Assembly (NCBI GenBank): GCA_964016885.1
Contig: OZ024752.1
Span: forward strand, 1,426,001-1,490,000
From: Eledone cirrhosa
Lineage: Eukaryota
Reading direction: 5' to 3'
DNA length: 64,000 nt
Shown: positions 1 through 14,879 of the stretch, piece by piece
Layout: each line of letters begins with the position of its first letter
How positions within the stretch are numbered: position 1 is the first letter of the stretch
Notes under the pieces: model-generated
What the model was told of the DNA's origin: nothing
Seen by the model: only the letters and a program-made list of their open reading frames with translations
Databases searched by the model: none
Translations under genes and position numbers: made by a program

Positions 1-58
<58 letters not shown>

Positions 59-84
59 ACACTACTACTACTGCTACTACTACT
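1..84. repeat. (ACT)n microsatellite
   Basis: Direct tandem actact array. Confidence 0.98.
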
Positions 85-118
85 AATATTTTGGTCTATA
101 TCTCTGTCTTGCACGCCA

Positions 119-740
119 TCTGTAATATATATATATAAAACTGAGGATGTCTGTGTGTGTGTGTGTGAGTTTGAATCCTGAAAACGCAAGAAACACCCAA
201 CCGACTGTTTTCAAACTTTACACATCTAATACTTATGTTTTAGGGAGTGTTACCCACATAAACAAATTCCACTTGTTGATCCCTAGGGCCCGCATTAGGT
301 GAAAAACTGCGTTTTTTCAGTTTTTAAAGGTTTTTTGAGGCGTTACGTCAGAACGATTTCCTTGAAATTGTAACTATGTATTAGTCAGTCTCTTCTTCAT
401 ACCGTGAGCAAAGAAAATGCAACTTTTTTATGGCCTTGGGCCCACATTAGGTGAAAAACTTCATTTTTCAGCTATTAAGGGCTTTTTTGAGGCGTTAAGT
501 ATAGCCGATTTTCCCGAAATTTCAAGGCATATTATGCACATCCCCTAGGGCCCGCATTAGGTGAAAATCTGCAATTTTCCTGCTTCATCGAGTAAAATCT
601 TAAAGATTATCCTGCCATCAGTGTATTCGGTTTATTTTCTTTACATATTGTCCGGGCATGCAGTTTTTCCACGATTAGGTCTGTTGGCGGCCCGCGTTCC
701 AAAATACCTTATCCCGTGCAACGCCGGGTACCACTGCTAG
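119..740 (+). mobile_element. Non-autonomous Helitron-like element
   Basis: Begins TC after A118 and ends CTAG (737-740) before T741, i.e. an A^T target. Subterminal GC hairpin CCCGtgcaacgcCGGG (713-728). (TA)n and (TG)n near the 5' end. Three internal copies of gggcccgcattaggtgaaaa (~286, ~438, ~548). Confidence 0.75.
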
Positions 741-1880
741 TTATACCATATAGGGAAGGGATATAGGGAAGGGATATATTCATAGCAAGATTTGAATTCA
801 TGTAAATATGAGACAGTGATATGTATATGTATATGTAGATACATACAGTATATATAATGAAACATACAGTATATTGCCAAATATACAATACATACATTCA
901 TGTATACATCGCTGTTTCAGAGCACCAATATTAATACTTAATTTGTGCTGGACCGGCAAAAGCACTGTTTAATCAGCTCTTAAATATTACTGGAATTATA
1001 TAAGAATACAGCTTCTATAACCCTCGACAGAAGCGAAGGTGTACGTGGTCTTGATAAGTGCTAACGAGCGAGAAACAGGACTATCGATCACTCTTCCTTG
1101 CTTTTGTCGAGAATAAGTAAATTGCATAGTCACTACTTTAAATCTCATAGCGAATGGACTTGAAAATGTTTTTAATTAAACATACAGTATATTTCCAAAT
1201 ATACTATATATATATATGTGTGTGGTTAAATGGGGATTGCTATTACATACCGTTGTGAATTGTAATACTGTTTGAAATAACTATAAGGTTCTTTGCTAAC
1301 ATGTTCCTCATTAAATATAACAAATATATAAAGATATCACTCATTAAGATAATATTCATATATTCCCACAAATACTGCATGTTTCAATGCAATGTGTTAA
1401 AATCAAATGTTAGGTAACCGCAATGATTCAATATTTAAGTTAACAGAGCTCTGGGGAATAGACTATTTTCAAATCTATAGATTTACAGTTTCAAACCAAC
1501 TTTTACTAATATACTGTATTTTTCTCAATAACTGTGACCAGTATGATTCTGGATCTGATTATAGACAACTTAACTGTAGCCTAAAACATGTGTAATAAGC
1601 TAAACTACATTAAATTTATTATGTGCCAGATATTATTAAGTAGGGGTCAACAAGAAACACGATAATACATATTTTCATTTTAAAATATTTTATCTTGCCT
1701 TCTTATAACTAAAATTTAAAAACATTTACCGTTAGGAAAGCATAAATTATGAAAGGTTGCATTAAATGATATTTACGCGTTGATTTTTATGATGTGTGAT
1801 TATGTATTCTGCTACTGAATATTCGAATTAAATATCTAACGATTATTGGCAATAGCTGCAATGCATATATAGTAAATAAT

Positions 1881-2065
1881 TGTTTCTACTTTAGGCACAA
1901 AGCCAGCAATTACACAGTGCATTACTGGTACTTTATTTTATCGACCCCGTAAGGATGAAAGGCAAAGTCAACCTCGGCGGGATTTGAAGTCAGATCGTAA
2001 AGGGACGTAACTATGCTGGAAAGCATGGCGTCCGACCCTCTACCGATACTGCCAATCCACCGCCC
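1881..2065 (-). mobile_element. tRNA-derived SINE family A, full length with TSD
   Basis: Head GGCGGTGGATTGGCAGTATCGG (A-box-like), B-box-like segment, conserved body GCCTTTCATCCTTACGGGGTCGATAAAATAAAGTACC. 16-bp TSD atatatagtaaataat at 1865-1880 and 2067-2082. Many copies in the window. Confidence 0.93.
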
Positions 2066-2349
2066 TATATATAGTAAATAATGTTTAACTAAAGGTGTTT
2101 CAATTTAAAATACTATACGTCTTTATTTCATGGTTATTGAAACATTACTTTGGAAATTATATTCGAAATCTTAAACAGAAAACAATTTAGCTTCCTAAAG
2201 AGCAAACTTTCGAGGTGATTTAATGAACAAAGAATGAACAATTAGATTCAAAAACAAAAACTAAAATTGTAGATTCGGTATTGTAAAATGTAAATAATTA
2301 TAGAAGCATTTACATGTGTAACCAAATTTAGAGAATAGATATTGAATAA

Positions 2350-2900
2350 AAGATGCATTGTAGTTTTGTGAAGGGATCAATCAGTTTTGTTGCACGAGTT
2401 CTCCTTAATGTACCATTTTCCTATTTATTCAATGTAATGTATTATCACCATTTATGATATGCGGAACTGGGCAAAGTTAGTAACAGAAGTATCACAATTC
2501 TGCCGCAAAGAATCTTGTATATTCACCACAACTGCAAGAATATGCATTAATTCCGTTACTAAAGTAAATATTATTTAATATTGCAATCGGTTTCTTCCTC
2601 TTGTCCTACTAATATTGTAAAGAAACATTGTAAAGAAGACCTCTTTATATTTCGTCCGTTGTGCGTTTACTTCATAATGCATTATTATAAAAATAATACA
2701 ATTCCATTTGCATTACATATTGCCAAATCTGATGATAAAATAAAGAGCTAAGCAATGGTCACTAGTTACCCAGTGCCAGTGATACAGTACATGACATAGA
2801 GGAATATATTTTCACTTCTTGTTTTGTGACGGTAATTAATCCATGATGGCGGTATTTATGGTTACTGGTAATTGGAATTGGTTAGCATCTAGCCAATGTT
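2350..2900 (-). pseudogene. Highly decayed PIF1-like (Helitron-type) helicase fragment
   Basis: Manual minus-strand translation gives a Walker-A-like ITGTG* near 2770 and CGRIVILL/NFAQ near 2470-2510. The latter resembles the FGGxxVILxGDFxQ motif. Stops and frameshifts throughout. Confidence 0.3.
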
Positions 2901-3573
2901 AATTTGCATTTACTCCATTGATGTGAATGATATTCATGACTAGATTTAAAACACTATTTGTACATGGGTTACCGTTTTAGTAGATAATTAACTATGGACG
3001 GATCAACTGATGTCACTGTATATTTGTACAAAGAAAGGCGTTAGTAGAGTGCACAGAATGTTACTCGATAAATGAGTCTTACCTATTTTGGGATGTCGTA
3101 GAAATAGTTTGTTTTCCTTACATACTCAATTTCCCCAAATAAATATTTATAACGTACTTTTTGTAATGTCGCAGATATCAGGTTTTTAAAAATTTACATA
3201 GTATTGTATCCTATAATTTACTCCTAGCTAAATGTTTCACATTACATTTTCTTCATAATATTCAGTATCCAGGGCTACATCTGTATACTAATTAATTTCG
3301 ATTTCAATTGTTTCTTGAAAATCCTTTAGAAATTTTTTGAAAAATCTGATTTTGTATTACTATTTTTAATTATTTCAATGTAAAATTTCCTAATGTCAAC
3401 AGAGTAGGCATCTAGTGCTATAGAGGAGAGATGTTTACATGTAAAGCTAGAATAGATATACTTTCTTGCTCATTCTTCACTCATTTAAAAACTTTCGTAA
3501 GACCGCTTCTAATTGCTGTACTATATCTCCTTACTTTAAAACACTGATACACATATCCATTTATTTCCCTTGC

Positions 3574-3577
<4 letters not shown>

Positions 3578-3630
<53 letters not shown>

Positions 3631-3640
3631 GTGTGTGCGT

Positions 3641-3677
<37 letters not shown>

Positions 3678-3707
3678 GCATATCTATCTATCAACATAAA
3701 TAAATAA

Positions 3708-3752
<45 letters not shown>
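3578..3752. repeat. Compound (TA)n/(TG)n microsatellite
   Basis: Direct observation. Confidence 0.95.
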
Positions 3753-3755
<3 letters not shown>

Positions 3756-5883
3756 TTAAACGTATATTTATCTCTCACTTCCTTCCTCACAATCTCTCCG
3801 CCATTAATGTCATAATATTTCACCATAAATGCTTGCCAATGCCATCATATTTATTCAACCTTTTAGCTTGCTTTCAAGTCAGCACCCGGAGCGTAAATCA
3901 TTACTCTGTGACTTTATCTGCATTTTCTGGCGTCAGAAGTATTTTGCATTCAGCGTTTCAGATGGCAAAGGCTAAATATAGAAATGTGTTACTTGTAAAT
4001 ATTCTCGTCGCTGGTATTTAGGACGATGTCTCTGATGATCATGATATAAATTCTGGCAAGATGTTGCTGCTGATGATACGATGACGATGAAGATGATAAT
4101 GAGGAAGATGGTGATGAACATGATCATGATAATAATCTTGAGTAGAATGTGAAGTGGGTTGTGTATAGTGGATCATATATTCCATATCAACACAGCCAAC
4201 GTCTGTTTAGGTTGGCTTTGATGGTTTATGAAGCAGCACGAAAGCCAGTATGTGACAATTCTCCTCGCTAGACATAACTTCCAAATTTCACTCAAATCCG
4301 CGTCTACTATCATGCAAGAAGAATCTCACATTGCATTTTATGATTGATGATACTCCTTGCATGAACAATAGTTGAATTATTTCTCAACTGTAATATCTCG
4401 AACGGCACATTCACACACTCTAACACGCACGCATGCACACATTCACACACTCATACCCCCCCCCATATATATATATATATATTATTGCTCCACTCCGGTT
4501 ATTAACCCTGAGCAAACAATCTAAACTGAATCCCACCTGTAACCATGATTCCTGCCAAACCACATTGTACTTTCTCTCGAACATTCGGTGAATCAAACAC
4601 CTATCATGCTTATATATGAATCCGAAAAGTTGTATGGTTCATGTTACTATGATTGTTTTGTCTATTTCTTGGCTTCGCTATTATTAATCAGACGATTTGC
4701 ATCTTATTAACAAATAGTTTGTATTTGAGTATAGTATGGATCATTGCAGAAACCTCCATGTAATCGAAAGTTCCGAGTCACATATCTTGGAGTCCGATAT
4801 ATGGCTGGCAACTTTCCCGGTAGAAGAATTACTTCCGTGGGTCTAAAGGCGTATATTTATTCTGTATTGGATTACTTGAATATGCTTCTCACTGAAATGA
4901 AAGAGTTACACATAGCTGGCTACTTAGCACTCTTGGATCCTTGAATTCAAATATATTCATTCACTTTTAAATTGGTAAATATATTAATCACCGGTACACA
5001 GTTGAGTTTACCACATGATGGGCTAAGGTGTTACTTGCCCTCTATAAATACATACTAATATACAGGTAATTTGTATTGAAAATAACATATTTTATCTTGT
5101 CATAGCCTAGCAATGTAAAACTAGTTTACATGAGATCACTTTGAATATCACAGAAATCTCACACATGACAACAACATTGAATACGATGGGTCCATACCCC
5201 AAACTATTATAGTATGGCACGTGTTAATTTAAATGTAATGAAATATTGGGGGAATATTCAAGAACTCTACAGAAATAAAGTCAGATTTGGGGGACTACAT
5301 CGATACAATTTTGTTTGCTTTCCCGCTGCAAGAATTTAAATGTACATATTAGGTTAATGTTATTTTGAAAGGCATGAATTATACAATATGAAATTTTACT
5401 TGCATTATGAATATGTATATACATATTCATGTATCATATCAGGAAAATAGAAGCTGAACATTTCCTAGTGATACATTAACAATTTCCCTTTTTCCCGAAT
5501 AAAAATTGTCACAGAAAAGTCAAGAAACCGAATATGAATATATATTTACAAAGTATTAATAATAAAAACATAAAATACAAAAATATTCACCAGGTTTGCG
5601 ATTAAATAATAAGAAAGTAAAATACCAGATAAATAATGAATTTTTTGAAATAAAATACACCAAGTATAAATCAAATATATGAAATCACTTTGAAAAAGAA
5701 GTAAATAACAACAACAACAAAATTAATATTGAAGCACCAAAACATTGCATTGAATTGGGAAGATTATATGAAATTAGTTTCTACAATCCTTTGTTACAGA
5801 AATCTATCAGTTATATATATTTATTATTACCTCCAGGTGTTCACCCGCTATATACAAATATTGATGATATACATATATACGTT

Positions 5884-5885
<2 letters not shown>

Positions 5886-5959
<74 letters not shown>

Positions 5960-6060
5960 AAATATCTATATAAATAATTATATATATAACAATATATATA
6001 TAATATATAATATAATATATATATATATATATATAATCTATATATATGTATATATATATA

Positions 6061-6140
<80 letters not shown>
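5886..6140. repeat. Compound (TA)n/(TC)n/(GA)n microsatellite
   Basis: Direct observation. Confidence 0.95.
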
Positions 6141-6141
<1 letters not shown>

Positions 6142-6502
6142 AGGTAGATAGATATACATATTTCCCCACATATTTAAAGATATAAACATATGCACACATA
6201 CTCAGAATCATACACTGATAAAAAGAACATATATCGATAATCAGATTAATATAAAACAAACATACAAATGACTACTCTGATAGATATAAAAAAAAATGAT
6301 GAATAATGAATGCAAACGTACTTGTGAAAAGATTGAATTATGGATAAACTTGACGTATATTGAAACTGGAAAGGAATTACGCAAACTAAAATGCGCACAC
6401 ATATATTACTTTCCACCTGAAACTTTTTTATGTTCAGATTGCTGGTGTACGTAGAACAAGAACAAACGTACATTTATGGGAAAGCGTTAAGGAATATATA
6501 TG

Positions 6503-6533
<31 letters not shown>

Positions 6534-6649
6534 ATATATGCATATATATACACACATATATATAAATATATATATACAAATATATATGTAGAGATAAACA
6601 AAAAAGCAAAACGATACAGTAAAATGAATGTGTATATATATATATATAT

Positions 6650-6835
6650 AATTATTTCTACTTTAGGCACAAGGCCAGCAATCACCCAGTGCATTAGTGG
6701 TACTTTATTTTATCGACCCCGTAAGGATGAAAGGCAAAGTCAACCTCGGCGGGACTTGAACTCAGATCGTAAAGGGACGTAGCTATGCTGGAAAGCATGG
6801 CGTCCGACCCTCTACCGATACTGCCAATCCACCGC

Positions 6836-6837
<2 letters not shown>
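6650..6837 (-). mobile_element. SINE family A, full length, within (TA)n
   Basis: Near-identical to the copy at 1881-2065. Confidence 0.93.
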
Positions 6838-6900
<63 letters not shown>

Positions 6901-9736
6901 AGAGTTAGAGAGAGAGGAGAGAAGAGAGAAAGATAGATAGAGAGAGAGGGAGGAATAGAGTGTGTGAGAAAGAAATCAAAGTGAGAAAGAGTAATAGTCT
7001 CTAACAATGAGCTATTTCCTATACAAGATTTGATCTACATTTTTTATTTCATTGGACTTCATCACTTTTCTTCATAATACATGACACAATATTTTTCCTA
7101 TCAACACAAGATTATCCATTCTTTTGGGACATCTACCTCCCCTTTTTTCCTTAACAAAGTATGACTTCGGAAATTTGTACATATTCATTTACTGATTCTT
7201 TGTCCTCAATTTTAATTTTTTCACACATTTCTGTTTCATAAACATTTATGATCCCATTTACAACTCCGAATCAACAGAACGATCGACAGCAATGCTTATG
7301 TCTGGGATATATATCTGTATCTTATCCCCTTACTAACAGGCTACTTCGCAAACGAAGACCATGAAGGAGCACTTAGAAATTTGAATGATGTCAGCAGCTC
7401 ACAGTCCTCTGTCAATCAGGCAGTATGATCGGTGAAAAGTATATCTCAGACTTCAATAGAGGATTAAAGGCAAGTAAAAGCGACGACCTTCTTATGGAGA
7501 CTCTTGACATTGACCAACACTAGTAACTCCTTTCTGGATGACTTTTGTTCCAGGTCCGATGCTTCATTTCCAGAAAATCTTGTTCTAACAGTGCTACCGA
7601 TGAACAGTACCAGTTCGAGATAATCCCTCAAGCATGGAAGTGCCATCAGCCGATCCAGTCAGAGTTTTGCGCCGAGAGAAGAAACCTCTGCATATGCACT
7701 CGTCCTGTTTCGAGCATTTCTGACTTGTGGGTTTGAGCCGAACTCCTTCTACCACGTGTAAGACAAATGCGTCTCCCAGCTGAGTCTATAGTGGAGATCG
7801 TTCCACCGCATTAATGTAGCCTGGAAGAATAGGTTTGCTTTATATGGCTTTTGGCCATGGTGAAAGAAACCGTGCAGTGAAGGCATTGGAACTATAAGCA
7901 CTTTCTGCCTCGACGAAATTGTGATACATTTTTTTAGGTTTCACTCAAAAAGGAAAATGAGGGCAGTTATTTTGTTGAAGGTGAATTAGAGCGGCATGAA
8001 TGATCCGAGTAAACAGGCCTGCTCTCAGTATGTACCTGCAGAATTGAGGAAGACAATTGAGATGAGTGATCAGCCCTAGCTTTCGGGTGAGGCGGTTTGT
8101 TGAAGCTTTCTTTACGAGTGGCCCACAGAAATCTTCCCCATTTTGGGAAGTTATTATTCTTGTTTTGTCAAAACGTTTTTGCACGCACGAAACCCACCTT
8201 TCCCGTCCTGTCCCGTACTTAATGTTTTATGCATGTGAACCCTTCGTGGTTAATAAAGAAACTATTATTATTGTTATTTTTTCCCTTTTTTAGATCGAAT
8301 TATGTTCCCTATTTCTGTTCCAATAACTTAATTTCCCATTCTTAGGCTGATATTCATTTGAGCAGATATTAATTTGGTTTTCTTAGTATACTTACTATTT
8401 TTCTGAGTTATACAAACTTTTAAGTGTATGGTATTCCAATTGTCTATTTATACTGATCATTTTTAGTTTTTGCCATTTCTTCCAATCTACACCAGCTTTT
8501 GAATGTGATTCATTCGTTATCTTGATCTCATGTATCTCAAGACCAATTCACAACTTCTATTCTGTTGTTTTCATATACATATTCCCTTTGGCCTTCATTT
8601 ATTTAGAGTTATCCAGAATTTTTCCATTATTTTCTTCTGTTAATCTCAATTTTCTATGGTTTTCTTATTGTTTTTACAATTCTCTATGTTGCCGTTGCCG
8701 GTCATGTTATGCATCGCGCAGAAATCTTTTTGACGATAGGTCATCCAAACAAAAGTTATACGCTGCGGAGTTTCTAAAATCACTCCTTATCTATTGGACA
8801 TACTTATTTTGCTTTTTATACAGTTGTATTTTGTAATTGCTTTTGCAATACATTTTACTTTTTTTTCTTTCCAATGCTTGTGTCTTTAGTATAGATTCTG
8901 TGCTAGTTTTATTCATATGTATTTCCTTCTTACAGGCAAACAAAACAAATTAATAGTCTGAGTGAAATGATATCATCAATGTCATCCTCCACCTTATCAT
9001 TATCATCATCTAAACAACAACGGCAGCCACAAAGACAGCAACAACAACAACAATACTAATACTAATAATAATAATTCCCAGCCAATGAACATTACCATTA
9101 TCATCCTCATCATCATCATGAGTTATCAACATCTTGAATATAACTGCCGCAGCACTACTAATATCACTACGACCAATATTATCACTAAAGTTTCCATGTT
9201 TTCTTGGTATGATCTTAATCACCTCCTTGGCTATATTAGTTTCAACAAGATCAGATAGTGAGGCTCAGTAACAACAACAAAAACAACAGCTACTCCAACA
9301 ACAACAACAACCACAGCAAATATATCAGCATTGGCGGCTAAATAATGTTAACAAAAATTGCAATAGATATTTTCATATCAGATGATGCTTCCCTTATTCG
9401 TTTTTGGCTGTAACTGTGGAAATGAGTTATCCAGAAATATGCGAATGTAATTCATTACTAGAATGGTATGGGTTCAAGCACCACTCTAGTCATTAAGTTC
9501 TTATATGTGAGTACAATGAACTCAGTACTATAAGGATGAGAAATAGTAAAATAACTACAACAGAAAGTAAGCAATCTAACAACACAATGATGATATAGCA
9601 AACAAAGATCATAAATTTGTAAGGATATTAAGATATTTAGCAATTTGAAGATCCTCGTAATTGTGGAAATATTCCAAATTTTTATAAAATTGTAAAAGCT
9701 ATAAAACCAGATTTTATTATTGTGGCTTGTCTACGA

Positions 9737-10191
9737 GGGCGGTGGATTGGCAGTATCAGTAGAGAGTCGGACACCATGGTTCGCAACATAGAGTTACCAC
9801 CCTTTACAGTCTGAGTTCAAATCCCGCCGAGGTAAACTTTGCCTTTAATCCTTATAGGGTCGATAAAATAAAGCACTAGTAACGTACTGGAGTGGATTTA
9901 ATCGACTTGCCCCTCCACCCAAATTACTGGCCTTGTGCTTATACTAGAAATGATTATTGTGGCCTCTCTAAGAAGGCGGTGGGATGGCAATATAAGTAGA
10001 GCGTAAGACACCATGTTTTGTAGGATAGAGGTATGGCTCTTTACGTTCTGAGTTCAAATCCTACCGAGCTTAGCTTTTCCTTTGATCCTTACGGGTACCA
10101 TAAGTACCAGTTCCGCACTGAGTCGATTTAATCGCCTTTTCCTTCTCCAAACATTGTTTGCCTTGTGCCTATATCTAAAGCAGAAACCATT
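9737..10191 (+). mobile_element. Two tandem older SINE family A copies
   Basis: Heads at ~9737 and ~9974. Longer 3' variant with gatttaatcgac...ccttgtgc. Confidence 0.85.
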
Positions 10192-10679
10192 TTTATGGTC
10201 TCTAAGGAATGTCTTTTTATGGTCTCTAAGGAATGGCTATAAGTGTCTAAAGACGTTTGGCCGCCTCTCTCCTGTTGGGACGTAGACGGCCAGCGGACTG
10301 AAGGCAACTCTTTTGCCTTTACTAGTACTTATTTAGGAGCGCCAATATTTCTCATAACGGAAGACGACAAGGGGAATTGTATAAGTTATTCTATCATATC
10401 CCATGACCGTTTACTTTTCCATGCCATTTATCCATTTATCCTTTGGGGGACATTTTCTCTCCTTTCATCCTTTTCACCGTTAGAACTTGAATCCTTCACC
10501 CTCCTGAATTCGTGACAATAACATTCCTGAAAATATCAATCAGACAACAAATGATTAGCTTATGAAGGGGAGAATCGTAATAATTTCAAACACGCAAAAT
10601 GAACCATGACATATTGAAAAGTGTGGACATATTTAAAAAGACATTTCCGGGTTAAGTTTGGCTCCTGTCGACCTTTCAT

Positions 10680-11745
10680 ATTCCTTCAATAAGGTGCCGA
10701 CCACCTCGATTTCTGAGGTGTCCAACACCATCACGGTGATGTCGTCCGCATAAGCCGACACCGCCTTTCCACGTCCCGGTTCAAGCTGGATGCCCTGCAA
10801 CAGCTTCAGCTTCCGCAGAAAAGGATCGAGAGTAATACGTACAGAAGGGAAGAGAGAGGGAACCCTTGTCGGAGCGATCGAGAGATCCGAAATGGTTCCG
10901 AGAGGTGGCCATTAACCTTGACCACCGAGCGTGTGTCGCTGTGAATTGCATCGATCCAGCTTCTGAAGAGAGAGCCGAAGCTGCTTTGAAGACAAACTCC
11001 AGATACCGATGGTCGATCCTATCGAATGCTTTCGATTGATCTAACTTGATCAGTGCCCCACCGAAGTCAGGTCTACACCCTACCCTCTCTATGATGTATC
11101 GCATGAGGTGGAGATTGTCGTGTATGGACCTGGATGGGATTGCACAAGTTTGCGCCTCCCCAACCAAATCCTCGACGACAAGCGCCAATCTCTTTGCTAA
11201 CACCCTGGCCAAAACCTTAAACTCTGTGATGAGCAGAGTTATGGGCCGCAATTTGTCTAATGTAACCCTCTTGTTCTCGTCTTTCCTTATCAGCGTCACC
11301 ACTCCCCTGCTCACAGAACTGAGTATACTCCCAATCTCCTGCCAGTTGCAGTAGAGTGCTTCGAGGAGATCGGAGAACAAGTCTGGCATGTTTGCGTAAA
11401 GCTCGTAGGGCAAGCCATCGAAGCCGGGTGATTTGCGCCTCATGCAGCCGACAAGGGCGCCCTGAATTTCGGCTGAAGTTATTGGCTTTTCGCAGCGCTC
11501 AGTGTCGACCGTCGAGATGCGCGGTAAGCCCTCAAGGTAGGGATGAAACCCGCAACTCTCTCTCTGACTCGGCACTCTCCCCGAACAACCGAGCAAAGTG
11601 CTGGCGAAAGGCCTCACACATCCGCCTTGGAATCGCTTATCTCGTGTCCGTCTCGGTCCGCCAAATACCGAATTGTGGTTTTATTACCACGCTGCGCCTT
11701 CGACACGCGGCCCCATCGAACAGATTTGGTTCTCTCGTTTCTCAG
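10680..11745 (-). mobile_element. Tx1/L1-clade LINE reverse transcriptase fragment (frameshifted)
   Basis: ORF 10781-11617 has SPGFDGLPYELY, RPITLL and DQSKAFDRIDH. VSAYADDIT appears in another frame at ~10735-10761. Confidence 0.9.
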
Positions 11746-12455
11746 TAATGATAATAATAATGATTTCTTTATTAGACACACAGGGCTCGCTTTAAGGAAA
11801 CATTAAATAGGACGATATAGTGTGGGTTTTTCTTTGTGTAAAATAAAATTTATAAAAGTGACTAAGAAAATAAATATTTAAAACAAACATAACAACTTCC
11901 CCAAAGGTGAGGACACTCTAAGGGTGTCTCGTGTAGAAATCCCTCAAAAATGAAGGCCACCCTTTCCGCAAGGGAAGAGTGCCCTCTCCCAGTCTCTCTA
12001 CTCCATTCTACAGGTGTATGCTCAAGGCAGGCCCATTCATACGGACCATGCTCACCACTCTAACCCGCCTTTCAACAATCTGGTTAGAAGGCAGCGCTTC
12101 CTTCTCCACTCTGATTTTCTTCTTTAATTGATATCTGAAAAAGTTAATTAGGGTTTCTCCAAGGAGGAAGATAGCTGTCTTCAACCCTTTCAAACGCGTC
12201 CTCCACACGACCTCTTTAGCCATGGCCACCAAGCAGATTAAATCTGCCTGCCCTTCCTCTCTAAAGGCGGACGACGGGGCGATGTTCACAATGGACTCAG
12301 TTGATAGTCGAATCTGCTCTACAAGTGACAGCAGGTGTTCGACATAAAGCGACAGGTCAGCAATACTCGGACACTCAACGAGTGCGTGCACAACGGTTTC
12401 AAGTTGCTGCCCGCACCTCGGACGGGCACGATTGACGGCAGTTCCATGCCTGTAG
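11746..12455 (-). mobile_element. Tx1/L1 ORF2 C-terminus plus 3' UTR (5'-truncated copy)
   Basis: CCHC knuckle CPRCG..ETVVHALVEC. The 3' UTR ends in AATAAA followed by an (ATT)n-like tail at ~11746-11773. Confidence 0.8.
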
Positions 12456-12462
12456 AGATCAT

Positions 12463-12753
12463 AATAATTGTTTCTACTTTTGGCACAAGGCCAGCAATCA
12501 CCGATTGCATTACTGGTACTTTATTTTATCGACCCTGTAAGGATGAAAGGCAAAGTTAACCTCGGCGGGATTTGAACTCAGAATGTCAAGGGCCGTAACT
12601 CTATGCGTCATAGCATGGCGTCCGACCCTCTACCGATACTGCCAAATAATAATAATTGTTTCTACTTTCGGCACAAGGCCAGCAATATTTCAGTGCATTA
12701 CTGGTACTTTATTTTATCGACCCCGTAAGGATGAAAGGCAAAGTTAACTTCGG
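12463..12753 (-). mobile_element. Two tandem SINE family A copies (one near-full, one 5'-truncated)
   Basis: Homology to 1881-2065. Confidence 0.9.
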
Positions 12754-13258
12754 CTGCTACTACTAATGATAATGATAAAGTTGATGATGAAAATGATGAT
12801 GATGATGTCGGTGATGAAGATAACGATGATGATGATGATGGTGATGATGATATTAATAATAATGATCTTCATATTTTTTGAGGCTGTGACTTTTATTATC
12901 ATGACCAAACTTCCTTATGTTTTATTTTTATTGTTATATATATTTTTTTAATTCATTTCCACCGAGAAAAGTTCCATTCACGTTGTTAACATTGCATACC
13001 TTTATTAATATTCAAAAAGATCCGATTCGAACAAATTAGATTCGAAGATCTGCCGCTAACTGAACACAGAGAATTAATACCCTGGCGATTTCAGTTGCTC
13101 ACGGTAGATTGTTGAAATCATTTCTGCAGTCTGATTAGTCAATTGAAAAGCTAGATAATATAAAGATGGAATGACGAGAGAAATAGGGAAACTGAATGTT
13201 CACTCATAAAAGTCATCAATCAATTTGCATGAATTTAAAGAAAATATAAAATTATGTT

Positions 13259-13556
<298 letters not shown>

Positions 13557-14096
13557 GTAGTTATGTCTATAAATGTGTATGCCTATGGGTGCATGTATCT
13601 GTGTGTTTATAAAACTAAACTTATAATAACACGCAAGTGCTTTATCTCTCAATTCCCTAGAGGTATAGACGTTTTCTGTTTCTAATATTGTGTAGAGTTT
13701 ATCCCGAGGCGTTAATTAAAAAGGCAAGAATTGAGATTAAGGAGAATGGTGGAATATATTTTTTATTTTGTTGTCCATGTTTATAATCTTCGATTCTGTA
13801 TGTATATTCATATATATTTGTCATGGCATCTTTATTTTGATGCATTTATGTATAAAACGTATATAAAGCAGTCAAACACACACACATGTTCAATGAAATA
13901 TACACACATTTTCTTCTCTCCATATATATATGTATGTGTACAAGAATGATTCTACCTCGCATATATATATATATATATATAAATATTTAAATATATACAT
14001 ATATACATATATATATATATGTATATACATATATACATATATATATATATATGTATTTACATATATATATATATACATATATACATATATATATAT

Positions 14097-14127
<31 letters not shown>

Positions 14128-14879
14128 CATATATATATTGTATATATATATATATATATGTTTGTGTGTATGTGCGTGTGTATGTGTGTGTGTGTGTTAC
14201 ATATGCCCAATTATACGTACAAACCTTATAAGTACCTACAGGCACATGATTCTTTATGTTGTGCATTTTATATTTCCTTTTATTTTGTTCGAGGTATTGC
14301 TTTCTTTGTTGAAATGTTATTTTCCTCGCTCGTTGTCCGAGTTTCGCTTTTACTGAAGAAGTTGACACGGTTACTCTGTTTATCTGTTTAAATTCTGCTT
14401 TATTGTTATAATTGTTGTAAAATATATATTTTTGTATTTCATTATGTTTTATCATTGGAAACATATTATGTGGATATCTTCAATTAGGCGTTTGCCATGT
14501 AGAAATATTTGCCTATAGTGATTCAGTGGTAAATTAGTACATATAACAGAAGAAAAACTATATGAAGGAGGCGTGAGAAAACCCCCAGAAACTAAAGTAG
14601 AATAACAACATAGATAAAATCAAATTAATTCAATAGGAGAAATCATTGAGATAGTTACAGGTATTTAATAAAAAAGAAAAGAAATATGAAAACGCAGAAA
14701 AGATTAATACAAATTTATGAGAAATCAAGCTTTGGCGAAGTTTTGGTTATAGAAAAATATTCTAAGAAATAGGGTTTATTCTAAGTAATGGAGAATTATT
14801 AGGCCTTTGTAACTGTTGGACTCGAAACCATACTTTCATAATTGCCCTCCGAAATGCAACCATTAAACTACATTGCCCA

